Assembly (NCBI GenBank): GCA_046563655.1
Contig: CM102289.1
Coordinates: 10,167,436-10,187,435 of the forward strand
Length of the DNA: 20,000 nucleotides
Direction: 5' to 3'
Origin: Yuukianura sp. NJ FZ-2021
Taxonomy: Eukaryota
Positions 11,150-20,000 of this stretch are shown one piece after another (positions within the stretch are counted from its first letter, which is position 1; the number at the start of each line of letters is the position of its first letter). Below the pieces are notes generated by a model, which was given only the letters and a program-made list of their open reading frames with translations, was not told where the DNA came from and ran no database searches. The position numbers and the translations under genes were made by a program.

Positions 11150-11550
11150 GACCGAGACGATTTGCTCAGTCGTCGATTCACGCCACATGACAACACGAGT
11201 ATCAACATTGACTATTCCATCCAGCATCATAGTTCTCTCCAGGTTAGCTCATAACATCATAAACTACAAATCCCGCAATGCCAAATAAAATGTCACTTTA
11301 CCAGAACGCCCACCGTGGAATCGATGACATGCTGTCGCAGGGATACCAAATACTTGGGAATTTGCGTGATCAGGAGTCCATCCTGAAGCAAACGAAGACA
11401 AGGATTCTAAACTTTACAAACACACTGGGACTATCTAACACCGTGATGCAGTTCATAGAACGCCGTGCATACCAAGACAAGTTTGTTCTCTACGGTGAGA
11501 TGCTTCTCACACTAACCATCATCTTTTTCATTTACATGTACTTTCTCTAG
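11150..11550 (+). pseudogene. GOSR2: Golgi SNARE membrin/GS27 3' half
   Basis: Exons 11150-11242 (RDDLLSRRFTPHDNTSINIDYSIQHHSSLQ) and 11305-11550 (NAHRGIDDML…LGLSNTVMQFIERRAYQDK plus TM helix). N-terminal half is absent; Glu where the family has GGM at the TM start. Confidence 0.92.
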
Positions 11551-11758
11551 ACCTTTCTCCCAACTTCATCTGTGATTCGTCTCCCTAACTTCTAAGCTTA
11601 TTAAATCATATCGTCCGTTTTCCTAAAATACGAGAGGATCTACCGGAGAGAAGAAGTGATTAGAATTAGTTGGATATTTCGTTTTAATCAAAGATACCTC
11701 GCCATGCCATCCACTGAAGTTTAATGGAAACTAGTGTTTAATTAGTAATTGAAGTACA

Positions 11759-12478
11759 CTATGGTCCAGCGGGGGCATGAGGGGCAGAGGTTCTTATGAT
11801 GTCAGAGTCACCAGGATCCGTGATGGAGAGGGTGCAGACTCGGAAGTACTTTCCACAGGCAGTCCCTAGCTCAATGTTGTTTCCAGTGTAGTGGTGGACT
11901 CCAGTCTTGGCCAACATTCCGTAGTACTCAATCTCTCACTTTCTAAAGACAGAAGAAGAGAAACACGACAGTCAAGCGCTGCCTCCCAAGATCCATCAGC
12001 AGCACACCATTTGTAAATTGGGAGAGAGGAGTGACTTACCTGAGTGGCGGAGTGTTGTTGGCGATGATGATGAGTTTGACCTTGTCATGTCTCAGTCACT
12101 TGATGGCCTGTTTGTAGCCTAGCACAACTTTTCCTGACTTCATCACAAGGGCCAGTCGGGAGTTGATGCTCTCCGCACTCTTTCTCTAAAAAACAATCAA
12201 AACATGGTAAATGCACAACTGGAGGGAAGCAGCATGTGACATGGTCTCTTTACCTGTTTTTTTTTGAAGCAACCATTTTGAAGTTTCTGGATTTGATGAA
12301 AGAAAGGACTTGTTAAGGGACCTGGACAGCAATAGGATACGAATGAAACCATTTGAATGGTTCATGAGTCGGTAGTTACTCGTAAGAATGAATTAGTGCT
12401 TACCTAGTAAATCGTTGACCACGACCAGTAGACCAGTAACACCGAAACACGTTTCTTCCTTGTTACTCGCAAAGAACG
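11759..12478 (-). pseudogene. RPL30: 60S ribosomal protein L30 (eL30), full-length unprocessed pseudogene
   Basis: ATG at 12276; coding exons 12276-12254, 12185-12040 and 11942-11759: MVASKK…SINSRLALVMKSGK…[55 protein letters not shown]. Frameshift in an A9 run; TGA at 12098-12096 and 11938-11936. Upstream non-coding exon (~12478-12404) starts in a pyrimidine tract. Not in the ORF track. Confidence 0.96.
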
Positions 12479-12486
12479 AAATGCAC

Positions 12487-12801
12487 AAATGATGGACAGA
12501 GACCGTATCCTCCTCCCCTTGTCCACTTCATCCGAAACTCCTGTTTTCAAATTCACAACTTAATTAACTTTATCCTACTTACAAATTCCACTCTAAATCC
12601 GACTTTAATTTTGAATAAACATACCTGCACCGTAGATGTCCATTGAGGCAGTGAACACGACCAACTCGAACCATTTGGAAACCTACGCAAAGGAATTCAT
12701 TTGTTATCATGCATGTTGTCTTTATACATTAAAACTTACGACATCCAGGAAGTAGTCGACGTGTGGTCGTTTGTGGACGAAAAACCGAACTGGATGTCGC
12801 T
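12487..12801 (-). pseudogene. CTDNEP1: CTDNEP1/Dullard middle fragment, 3 exons
   Basis: 12801-12740 [20 protein letters not shown]; 12682-12625 VSKWFELVVFTASMDIYGA; 12540-12507 GVSDEVDKGRRI; then 14 nt (12487-12500) identical to 6141-6154. The N-terminal DxDxT catalytic motif is not present. Confidence 0.94.
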
Positions 12802-14790
12802 GAGGCTTTGATGTTGAGGATCCACTGCTTCCAGCATCATCCCGATTCTTAAAAATACAAGATTAGCAAAGTAGTATATTCAGTTAGTTTAGTTGTTGGA
12901 AAGTAAAGTTACTTGAAGGGATTTGGACCAGGAAAGGCTGGTTGGCGGAAGAATCTGGATGGAGCTGACTTGGAGTTTGTTTCCTGCAAATACTTGGGCC
13001 AGTTGAATTCAATTAGTGGAGCACATCGCTTCGGTTCGGCCGAAACTTCCCCACTCGACTCATGTCCAGTTTTCTCTTTGTCTGAATCCGTCACTTCATC
13101 TGGTCCAGGCGACTTGGGATCACTCAGAGAAGAGTCAGATCCCAGGTGTCTCTAGCTTAACGCATGCTTACGTCTTTCCAACTAAATCCAAAATAGGCTC
13201 AAGATTGAGCACTGGCAAAGTCAATGACTTCTTCCCATCTCCATCCGTAGACTTAGGAACAGTTTCTGTTTCTGGATCTTGTTTGAGTCTGAGGAGCCTT
13301 CTGGGTTTGGAAGATTCAGGAGAAGAAACATTGGTGGAACTTTGTCGTTTTGATGTTTTTGTGATTGTGATTCCCTTGGGAATTTTAAACTTGGTAGCTG
13401 GAGACTCCTCTTCAGGCTCAGCGGTTTCTTCCTCCTCAATTATAAATACGAGTTCCAGACATTACCTTTGAATTCCATCGTGATGAGAATGGATGCCAGT
13501 GTTCCACAAGTGACACATCCAGTGACGTCCACACTCTCCTCCTTCTTTGACGTAACGCATGGTTCGGAACTTTGTTCCTTTTCACTCTCCCGGGCGTTCG
13601 GTTGTTCCGAAGAATCGTGAGATGGAATGTCGGGCTTTGGATTGGCGGATTCCTTAGTGGGAAGTGTTGGTTTCGGTAGGATGCTGGTTGAGACTGGTTT
13701 GATTTTGCTGTACTCGAACAGCTGACAGCCTGTGTTTGCTCCTTGATAAAGGCGACAATGGAACTCTCACTCATACTTGACTGCTCTGATGCATTGAAAT
13801 CAACCACCTCCATCATTCCAGAAGTTTCATCCACACAAATCTAAAACAGTGGAAATGGGGAAAAGTCAATTGACTTGGAACAATGTGCTTGGATTTTTGG
13901 TTGCCTTACCTTTCCTTGCAGCCCAGGGATTTTGAAAAGAAGTGGAAACTGGAAACGAAATCTTCTTTATCTGTACAAGTACAAAAAAATTAAAAGTTGT
14001 TGATGGAAATACTGTTTCTTCTTCATTGAACTGACCGTAGGTGAAGCAAAGTTGAATCCAATATCCTGTTAAAAGTATGAAGAAGAGTGTCTAAGTGGCT
14101 CACACTTATTTCTTCGCAGTATTTCCACATCGCACCATGACTCGGATGCTCTGCTCCACTCCATTTCCGTCTATCCCGTGGAATGCTGACTGGATCTGGT
14201 CATAGAGGCTGCTTTTGACTGAACTAAGTCAATCTCCATTTTCACTGGAAGAAAGGACGATACGTGTGGAAGATCTCCAATCAGACGTTGGTCCTTGGAG
14301 TCTTCAGCATCCCCACCTTCAAACTGTGAGGCACCTTCTTCCTCAGCATGTGCTTGTGATTCCACACTGAAACTAAGTCCGTCCTGCTCCTCATCAACAA
14401 ATCCCCACGTCCTGTTCCCGCTTCCAGTCTCTTCAGTTTTAATTAGATCGCTGAAATCATCCACAACGGTGATATAAGTACGTTGGGCCTTTGCTTGCTG
14501 TGTCGAAGGAGTGACGGTGTCAATTTGTGAAACAACGGATGGTGCCTGGAGAAAAATATGAGAGTCCAAACCATTGAAGTTGATAAAAGGACCGAACTAT
14601 AATTTGGACTAACAATTGTAGTAACTGTTGAGGCTGGGACGAATGTGAGAATGGAAGAGCTGTCCACAACAGAGAGAGGGACAGGATGTTGTAGTACTCC
14701 TCCAACACGGTTGGGCAAGGTCGCTGACGCCAGCCCCCCTCCCTGTGAAGGGAATCTTGACCCCTCATCGTCGTCGTTTTTTTTGCATGA
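12802..14790 (-). pseudogene. L(3)mbt / L3MBTL-like MBT-repeat gene, 5' part truncated in the first MBT repeat
   Basis: FNWPKYLQETNSKSAPSRFF…[20 protein letters not shown] is the start of an MBT repeat. Upstream GCKGK|ICVDETSGMMEVV and CVTCG resemble L3MBTL N-terminal motifs. Several frameshifts; donors at ~13465 and ~13171 are followed by only 20-25 nt of intron, implying internal deletions. Assignment of the most upstream exons is less certain. Confidence 0.78.
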
Positions 14791-14812
14791 CTTTAATTGC
14801 ATTGTTCCTTAC

Positions 14813-14881
14813 CTTAACCGATTTTTGATAAATAGTTGATACCAGCTTCAAATTCGTAGTTGTGCTGGTCGTAGATTAACC
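14813..14881 (-). pseudogene. Isolated exon-like fragment (LIYDQHNYEFEAGINYLSKIG*), source unknown
   Basis: Flanked by a TTTTAAG acceptor and a GTAAGG donor; phase is incompatible with the upstream exon ending at 15181. Confidence 0.3.
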
Positions 14882-14899
14882 TTAAAACTGGGTTAGCGC

Positions 14900-15170
14900 A
14901 AGAAATTTGGACATTTTAGGGATTAAAAGTCAATTTGAGCCCGGTTCGGAGACGAAAACACCCCGAAAACGATTTGTTGCGCCGAAGGCGCAAAAAATTT
15001 TGAGATTTTGGGGAAGGAAAGTCAATTTGAGCACGATAAGGCGGTCAGGAAACGTCGTAATGAGTATCTAGGCTCCAAGATTTTTTTAAATTCTTGCTCA
15101 AAAATCCATACCCCTCCTGGCGGCCTTCGGCCGCCAGACCCCTCTTTCCCCGGCTACCCCCTCTGCTTGC
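14900..15170. mobile_element. Intronic MITE-like remnant with GAA-triloop hairpins
   Basis: TTGCGCC-GAA-GGCGCAA (14977-14993), CTGGCGGCC-TTC-GGCCGCCAG (15117-15137), and direct repeat AAAGTCAATTTGAGC at 14926 and 15018. Boundaries are approximate. Confidence 0.5.
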
Positions 15171-15180
15171 CCATCCGTAC

Positions 15181-16125
15181 CTCCAACAGTACTCACAGTG
15201 GCCATTCCATGCTCATCCTGAACACTGAACACGTACTGGGTGTTGGGATCCTGTTGCTGGGAAATCGGAAGGATTTGTCCGTAGTTTCCTCCACTTGCCA
15301 GGTTGAGGATTGGTTGGTCGGTGAATGAGGTGATTGAGGAATCAGAGGGAAGAGCAATCAGTTCGTAGACGTCGTTCCCAGCCAGAACCTCCCCCACTGG
15401 AAACTACGGAAAAGAAATCAACAATGAATTCTCAATTAGGCTGAAATTTTTAATTTTGATGAGAAGAGACTAACATGAATTTGGGCTGGCGCAGTGCGCG
15501 CATTGGTCGTGTCAATAAGCGGCATGAAATTGAGAGGTCCATGGTTTGGAGTAGAGGTCGGCAGAAGAGCAGAGTGTCTCCGTTGTTTTGAATGTTGTAC
15601 AATTGGTTATCCGAGCCCACAACTACCGTTCTTGATGCAGCGTCCAAGTTGCCAGGCAACCCCTCCATGTAAATGTTGTTCATTTGCTGGAAATTGGGAA
15701 CGGAGGAGAGTGTTGCGTAGTTGACTTTAGCGGAACCCACCACTGTTTCGTTGATGGGTGGAGGATTAGGTTGCAGTTGTGTGTTGAGGTGAATCTGACC
15801 AGCGTCCACTGTCACTTGATCTTGGTGCGGATGATGGAAGACAACGTAGTGGCCATGTCCATCAGATGTAACATTCGTCACTCCACTCCCCTCACCGGGA
15901 ACACCGCTCATAGCCACAAAAACTGCAAAGCACCATTAGTAAACAAACATTAAATTAATTACTAACATGGAAGCACTTTGACTATCCAGTTAGATACACA
16001 CAATGGGTTTACCTGAAGCGATGTAGTTGTGATGCTTTAAGATTAACCGGAACTCAATTAATCTTAGTACGACCCTTAATTAAACAACTTTAGATTCTCG
16101 TTTTTTGTTCTTGTGGCTGTAGAAT
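15181..16125 (-). pseudogene. 5' fragment of an unidentified gene (non-coding exon plus two coding exons, Q/N/V-rich low-complexity N-terminus)
   Basis: Non-coding exon ~16125-16013; exon 15922-15475 with ATG at 15911 (MSGVPGEGSG…); exon 15403-15181 (FPVGEVLAGNDVYELIAL…). A frameshift near 15565 is needed to keep phase. Confidence 0.6.
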
Positions 16126-16156
16126 GAAGTGATTTTGGCTTGACTTCCATTTTATA
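16122..16156 (-). promoter_or_regulatory. Pol II core promoter: TATAAAA box plus Inr TCATTC
   Basis: Minus-strand TATAAAA starts at 16156, 31 nt upstream of the A (16125) of TCATTC, which matches the arthropod Inr TCAKTY. A splice donor follows at 16012. Confidence 0.65.
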
Positions 16157-16329
16157 TGAGAGCGAGAGGAGTTGGATTTACCCCTTGGAGGAGTTGGATC
16201 TTACTCCTCTGAAGTATTTATGTGAATCTCAATTCCTGGTGCGGACCGACGAGTGGACAAAACTTCCTCCACAACTTCTTTTTTTGTGAATGCGGAGGGC
16301 TAATCCTCTGAAATGTGTCATAATAGTCA

Positions 16330-17135
16330 TCGCGAGTACTTGCGATATCTACGATTGCTGATTACTCTTTAATTAAAGCATATAGAACTCCGGGATTGTG
16401 TTATCTGACATCAAACTTGTAATCGATTAGTTCTTTGTGATATAACGTATTCCGGAGTTTTAAAGTGCGTAATTAGCCTAATTTCTACTATTGTACCAAA
16501 ACCATGGTCGCAGCTACTTGCGATAACTACGATTGCTGATTTCACCTTAAGTAATCGATTTAAAATCCTGAAATGTGTTATGTCAGCTTGTAATCGATTA
16601 GTTCTTTGCCATGCAACGTATTCCAGAGTTTTAAAGTGCTTAATTAGCTTTAATTTTCACTTTTGTGCCAAACTCACGATCGCATGTACCTACGATGTCT
16701 GCGATTGGAGATTACTCGTAGAGTAATCGATTTAAAATCCTGAAATGTGTTAAATCGACTTGTAATTGATTAGTTCTTTCCCATATAACGTATTCCGGAG
16801 TTTTAAAGTGCTTAATTAGCTTCATTTTTCACTATTGGACCAAAATCTTGATCGCCAGTACTTGCGATTTCTACGATTGCTGATTACGGCTAAAGTAATC
16901 GATTTAAAATCCTGAATTGTGCTATATCAGCTTGTAATCGATTAGTTCTTTGCCACATGACGTATTCCAGAATTTTAATTTGCATAATTAACCTAATTAG
17001 CGCCTATTGTCCTCAAATTCAGTTTTTGCTTAATTACTCAGTAATTATGCAAATTAAAATTCTGGAATACGTTATCTCGACTTGCAATTGATTAGTTCTG
17101 TGCCGTATAACGTATTCCAGAGTTTTAAAATGACA
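16330..17135. repeat. ~173-bp diverged tandem repeat, 4 copies plus a partial copy
   Basis: Units start with TCGC…TACTTGCGAT…TACGATTGCTGATT at about 16330, 16507, 16680 and 16852; shared core TTGTAATCGATTAGTTCTTT…AACGTATTCCRGAGTTTTAAA. Confidence 0.92.
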
Positions 17136-17367
17136 TTTTTGCGCTATTGTCTTAACGCAATTGCAGAGAAACGCATTTTTCGTCGCAAAAACGTTTCGGA
17201 GATGGCCGAATTTGGTGTCAAAAGATGGGGAATTTAAAATACTATCGATTTTGACACCAAAATCTCGCCTATCGATGGATTTTGGCGTTTTTTTTGCAAA
17301 AAACATGATTTTTTTTGCGAAAAAACACAACATAAATACAAGTTTTGATTCCTTTGCTTTCAGTGTT

Positions 17368-17445
17368 GGCATAGTAGCTTACAGGTTTAGAGCGGGGCCT
17401 GTTTAGCACTATGGACGGTGGTTCGAGTCCCCACCATCATTTTTT
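17368..17445 (+). mobile_element. Degenerate tRNA-derived SINE head
   Basis: A-box-like TAGCTTACAGG…AGAGC, B box GGTTCGAGTCC in stem GGTGG/CCACC, followed by a T6 run; no proper acceptor stem. Confidence 0.5.
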
Positions 17446-17449
17446 CGAA

Positions 17450-17970
17450 TGGCCATTTTTTTTTCAAAGTTCATTATATTTTCGCCATATTCATTTTTTT
17501 TCCACAGTCATTTTTTCTCAAATTGCACTTTATTCTCCCACCTTCATTTTCTTGGGGGTAGGGGGGCCGACGTTGATTTTTATTTCAAAATTCAATTTAT
17601 TTTCCCACCGTCATTTTTTCACCACCTTCATTTTTTCCCCACAGTCATTTTTTTTTCAAAGTTCATTTGATATCCCCACCTTCATCATTTTCACACAATC
17701 ATTTTTTCCCCACCGTCATTTTTTTTCCAAAGTTCATTTTATTTTCACAACTTCATTTTTTTCCTACAGTCATTTTTTTGAAAGTTCAGTTTATTCTGAC
17801 ACCTTCATTGTTTTTTCAAAGTTCAATTTATTTTACCATATTAATCTTTTTTCCACAGTCCCTTTTTTTCAAAGTTCAGTTTATTCTCCCACCTTCGTAA
17901 TTTTCTCACAGTCATTTTTTCTCAAGTTCATTTCTTCAAAGTTCAATTTTTTCACAAGTTCACGTTTTTT
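17450..17970. repeat. T-rich degenerate minisatellite (CAAAGTTCA…/CCACCTTCATTTT/CACAGTCATTTTTT; ~17-bp subunits, ~50-bp period)
   Basis: Recurrent motifs are visible directly; they generate the spurious Phe-rich ORFs. Confidence 0.85.
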
Positions 17971-18114
17971 TCAGAATGCCGATGCAGTATTATATTTTCT
18001 AGATTCTGCATTAGAAAGGCCATTGCCAGCAGTTTGCTGGTGTTTGACATTTCAGAAAATTTTGCATTACACCTTTCGTTGTGGGGGGTTTGAGATATGT
18101 CCAAAAGCTCTATA

Positions 18115-19468
18115 AAGGTTTTGCATATATTCGTTCGTTGGATCGGCGAGGTCGATCTCTAGGGTTTTGCATATATTCGTTCGTTGGATCGGCGAGGTCG
18201 ATCTCTAGGGTTTTGCATATATTCGTTCGTTGGATCGGCGAGGTCGATCTCTAGGGTTTTGCATATATTCGTTCGTTGGATCGGCGAGGTCGATCTCTAG
18301 GGTTTTGCATATATTCGTTCGTTGGATCGGCGAGGTCGATCTCTAGGGTTTTGCATATATTCGTTCGTTGGATCGGCGAGGTCGATCTCTAGGGTTTTGC
18401 ATATATTCGTTCGTTGGATCGGCGAGGTCGATCTCTAGGGTTTTGCATATATTCGTTCGTTGGATCGGCGAGGTCGATCTCTAGGGTTTTGCATATATTC
18501 GTTCGTTGGATCGGCGAGGTCGATCTCTAGGGTTTTGCATATATTCGTTCGTTGGATCGGCGAGGTCGATCTCTAGGGTTTTGCATATATTCGTTCGTTG
18601 GATCGGCGAGGTCGATCTCTAGGGTTTTGCATATATTCGTTCGTTGGATCGGCGAGGTCGATCTCTAGGGTTTTGCATATATTCGTTCGTTGGATCGGCG
18701 AGGTCGATCTCTAGGGTTTTGCATATATTCGTTCGTTGGATCGGCGAGGTCGATCTCTAGGGTTTTGCATATATTCGTTCGTTGGATCGGCGAGGTCGAT
18801 CTCTAGGGTTTTGCATATATTCGTTCGTTGGATCGGCGAGGTCGATCTCTAGGGTTTTGCATATATTCGTTCGTTGGATCGGCGAGGTCGATCTCTAGGG
18901 TTTTGCATATATTCGTTCGTTGGATCGGCGAGGTCGATCTCTAGGGTTTTGCATATATTCGTTCGTTGGATCGGCGAGGTCGATCTCTAGGGTTTTGCAT
19001 ATATTCGTTCGTTGGATCGGCGAGGTCGATCTCTAGGGTTTTGCATATATTCGTTCGTTGGATCGGCGAGGTCGATCTCTAGGGTTTTGCATATATTCGT
19101 TCGTTGGATCGGCGAGGTCGATCTCTAGGGTTTTGCATATATTCGTTCGTTGGATCGGCGAGGTCGATCTCTAGGGTTTTGCATATATTCGTTCGTTGGA
19201 TCGGCGAGGTCGATCTCTAGGGTTTTGCATATATTCGTTCGTTGGATCGGCGAGGTCGATCTCTAGGGTTTTGCATATATTCGTTCGTTGGATCGGCGAG
19301 GTCGATCTCTAGGGTTTTGCATATATTCGTTCGTTGGATCGGCGAGGTCGATCTCTAGGGTTTTGCATATATTCGTTCGTTGGATCGGCGAGGTCGATCT
19401 CTAGGGTTTTGAAGATATTGTGTTTCGTTTCGTTGGGATCGGCGAGGTCGATCTCTAGGGTTTTGCAT
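18115..19468. repeat. 46-bp telomere-adjacent tandem repeat (AGGGTTTTGCATATATTCGTTCGTTGGATCGGCGAGGTCGATCTCT), 28 copies plus a degenerate copy
   Basis: Exact 46-nt period from 18115 to 19402 with no spacers; degenerate last copy at 19403-19456. Confidence 0.98.
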
Positions 19469-19469
19469 A

Positions 19470-19772
19470 GTATTCGTTGAAGTTGAAGAAGAGTCGAAGT
19501 TAGGTATTCTAGGAGGTTTGTTGTTGAAGAAGAAGGTTGAAGAAGAAGAAGAAGGGAAGAAGAAGGTGTTGAAGAAGTTAGGTTGAAGGTTAGGTTGAAG
19601 GAGAAGAAGTTGAAGAAGAAGAAGGTTAGAAGTTAGAAGAAGTGAAGAAGAGCAGGTTGTGTTAAGAAGAAGTTGTAGCTGAAGAAGTTAGAGTTGAAGA
19701 AGAAGGTTAAGAAGAAGGTTGAAGGTTAGAGTTGAAGAAGAGGTTAGGGAAGGTTAGGTTGAAGAATTAGGT

Positions 19773-19803
<31 letters not shown>

Positions 19804-19815
19804 AAGAAGAAGAAG

Positions 19816-19846
<31 letters not shown>

Positions 19847-20000
19847 TAGGTTAGGAAGGTTAGGTTAGGTTAGAAGAAGAAGTTAGGTTAGGTTAAGTTA
19901 GAAGAAGGTTAGGTTGTGTTAGGTTGAAGGTTAGGTTAGAAGGTAGGTTAGGTTAGGTTAGAAGAAGAAGAAGAAGAAGTTAGGTTAGGTTAGAGGTGCT
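19470..20000 (+). repeat. Telomeric tract: TTAGG repeats interspersed with (GAA)n
   Basis: TTAGG density rises towards the end (19846-19995), G-rich strand points to the end, and there is a pure (GAA)n at ~19776-19844. TTAGG is the ancestral arthropod telomere repeat. Confidence 0.8.

Noticed and set aside
11936..12098. TGA reassignment or selenocysteine in RPL30
   Set aside because: The same copy has a frameshift, neighbours are decayed, and TGA is the normal terminator of the Dullard fragment at 5870.
5870..16160. Processed retrocopies, or a functional gene cluster with sequencing errors
   Set aside because: Introns are retained and no poly(A) tails are seen; truncations, mid-exon fusions and nested insertion cannot be explained by base errors.
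17034..18115. Phe-rich ORFs up to 234 aa
   Set aside because: Products of T-rich repeats that lack stop codons.
18115..19402. CRISPR array (palindromic repeat)
   Set aside because: Units are head-to-tail with no unique spacers, the context is eukaryotic, and no cas genes are present.
18115..19402. Tandem Helitron 3' ends (hairpin plus CTAG)
   Set aside because: CTAG is only 1 nt from the hairpin rather than ~10-12 nt, and no matching 5' TC end or RepHel sequence is identifiable.
1..20000. Complete two-telomere minichromosome
   Set aside because: The left array is a 48-bp satellite cut by the window edge, not (CCTAA)n; nothing shows that it is a molecule end.

Overview
Eukaryotic, most likely arthropod, DNA (short 55-100 nt GT-AG introns, TTAGG repeats at the right end); it reads as the last ~20 kb of a chromosome arm. 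From left to right: (1) a 48-bp satellite (1-2780). (2) An apparently intact 5-exon orphan gene with a possible C-terminal Myb/SANT-like domain (2946-4613). (3) Minisatellites with an inserted tRNA-like element (4638-5830). (4) A ~10 kb patchwork of intron-containing, decayed pieces of at least eight unrelated host genes (5870-16160): CTDNEP1/Dullard in three pieces, HYOU1/GRP170, a two-RRM (POF/nucleolin-like) gene, GOSR2/membrin, a full-length RPL30 pseudogene, an L(3)mbt-like gene and unidentified genes. The HYOU1 piece is inserted inside a Dullard exon, and the patchwork begins with a correctly spaced TATA+Inr core promoter on the minus strand. (5) ~173-bp and T-rich degenerate repeats. 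(6) 28 near-identical copies of a 46-bp hairpin-containing repeat. (7) A terminal TTAGG/GAA tract. Gene identities come from manual translation and recalled family motifs; no database search was run.
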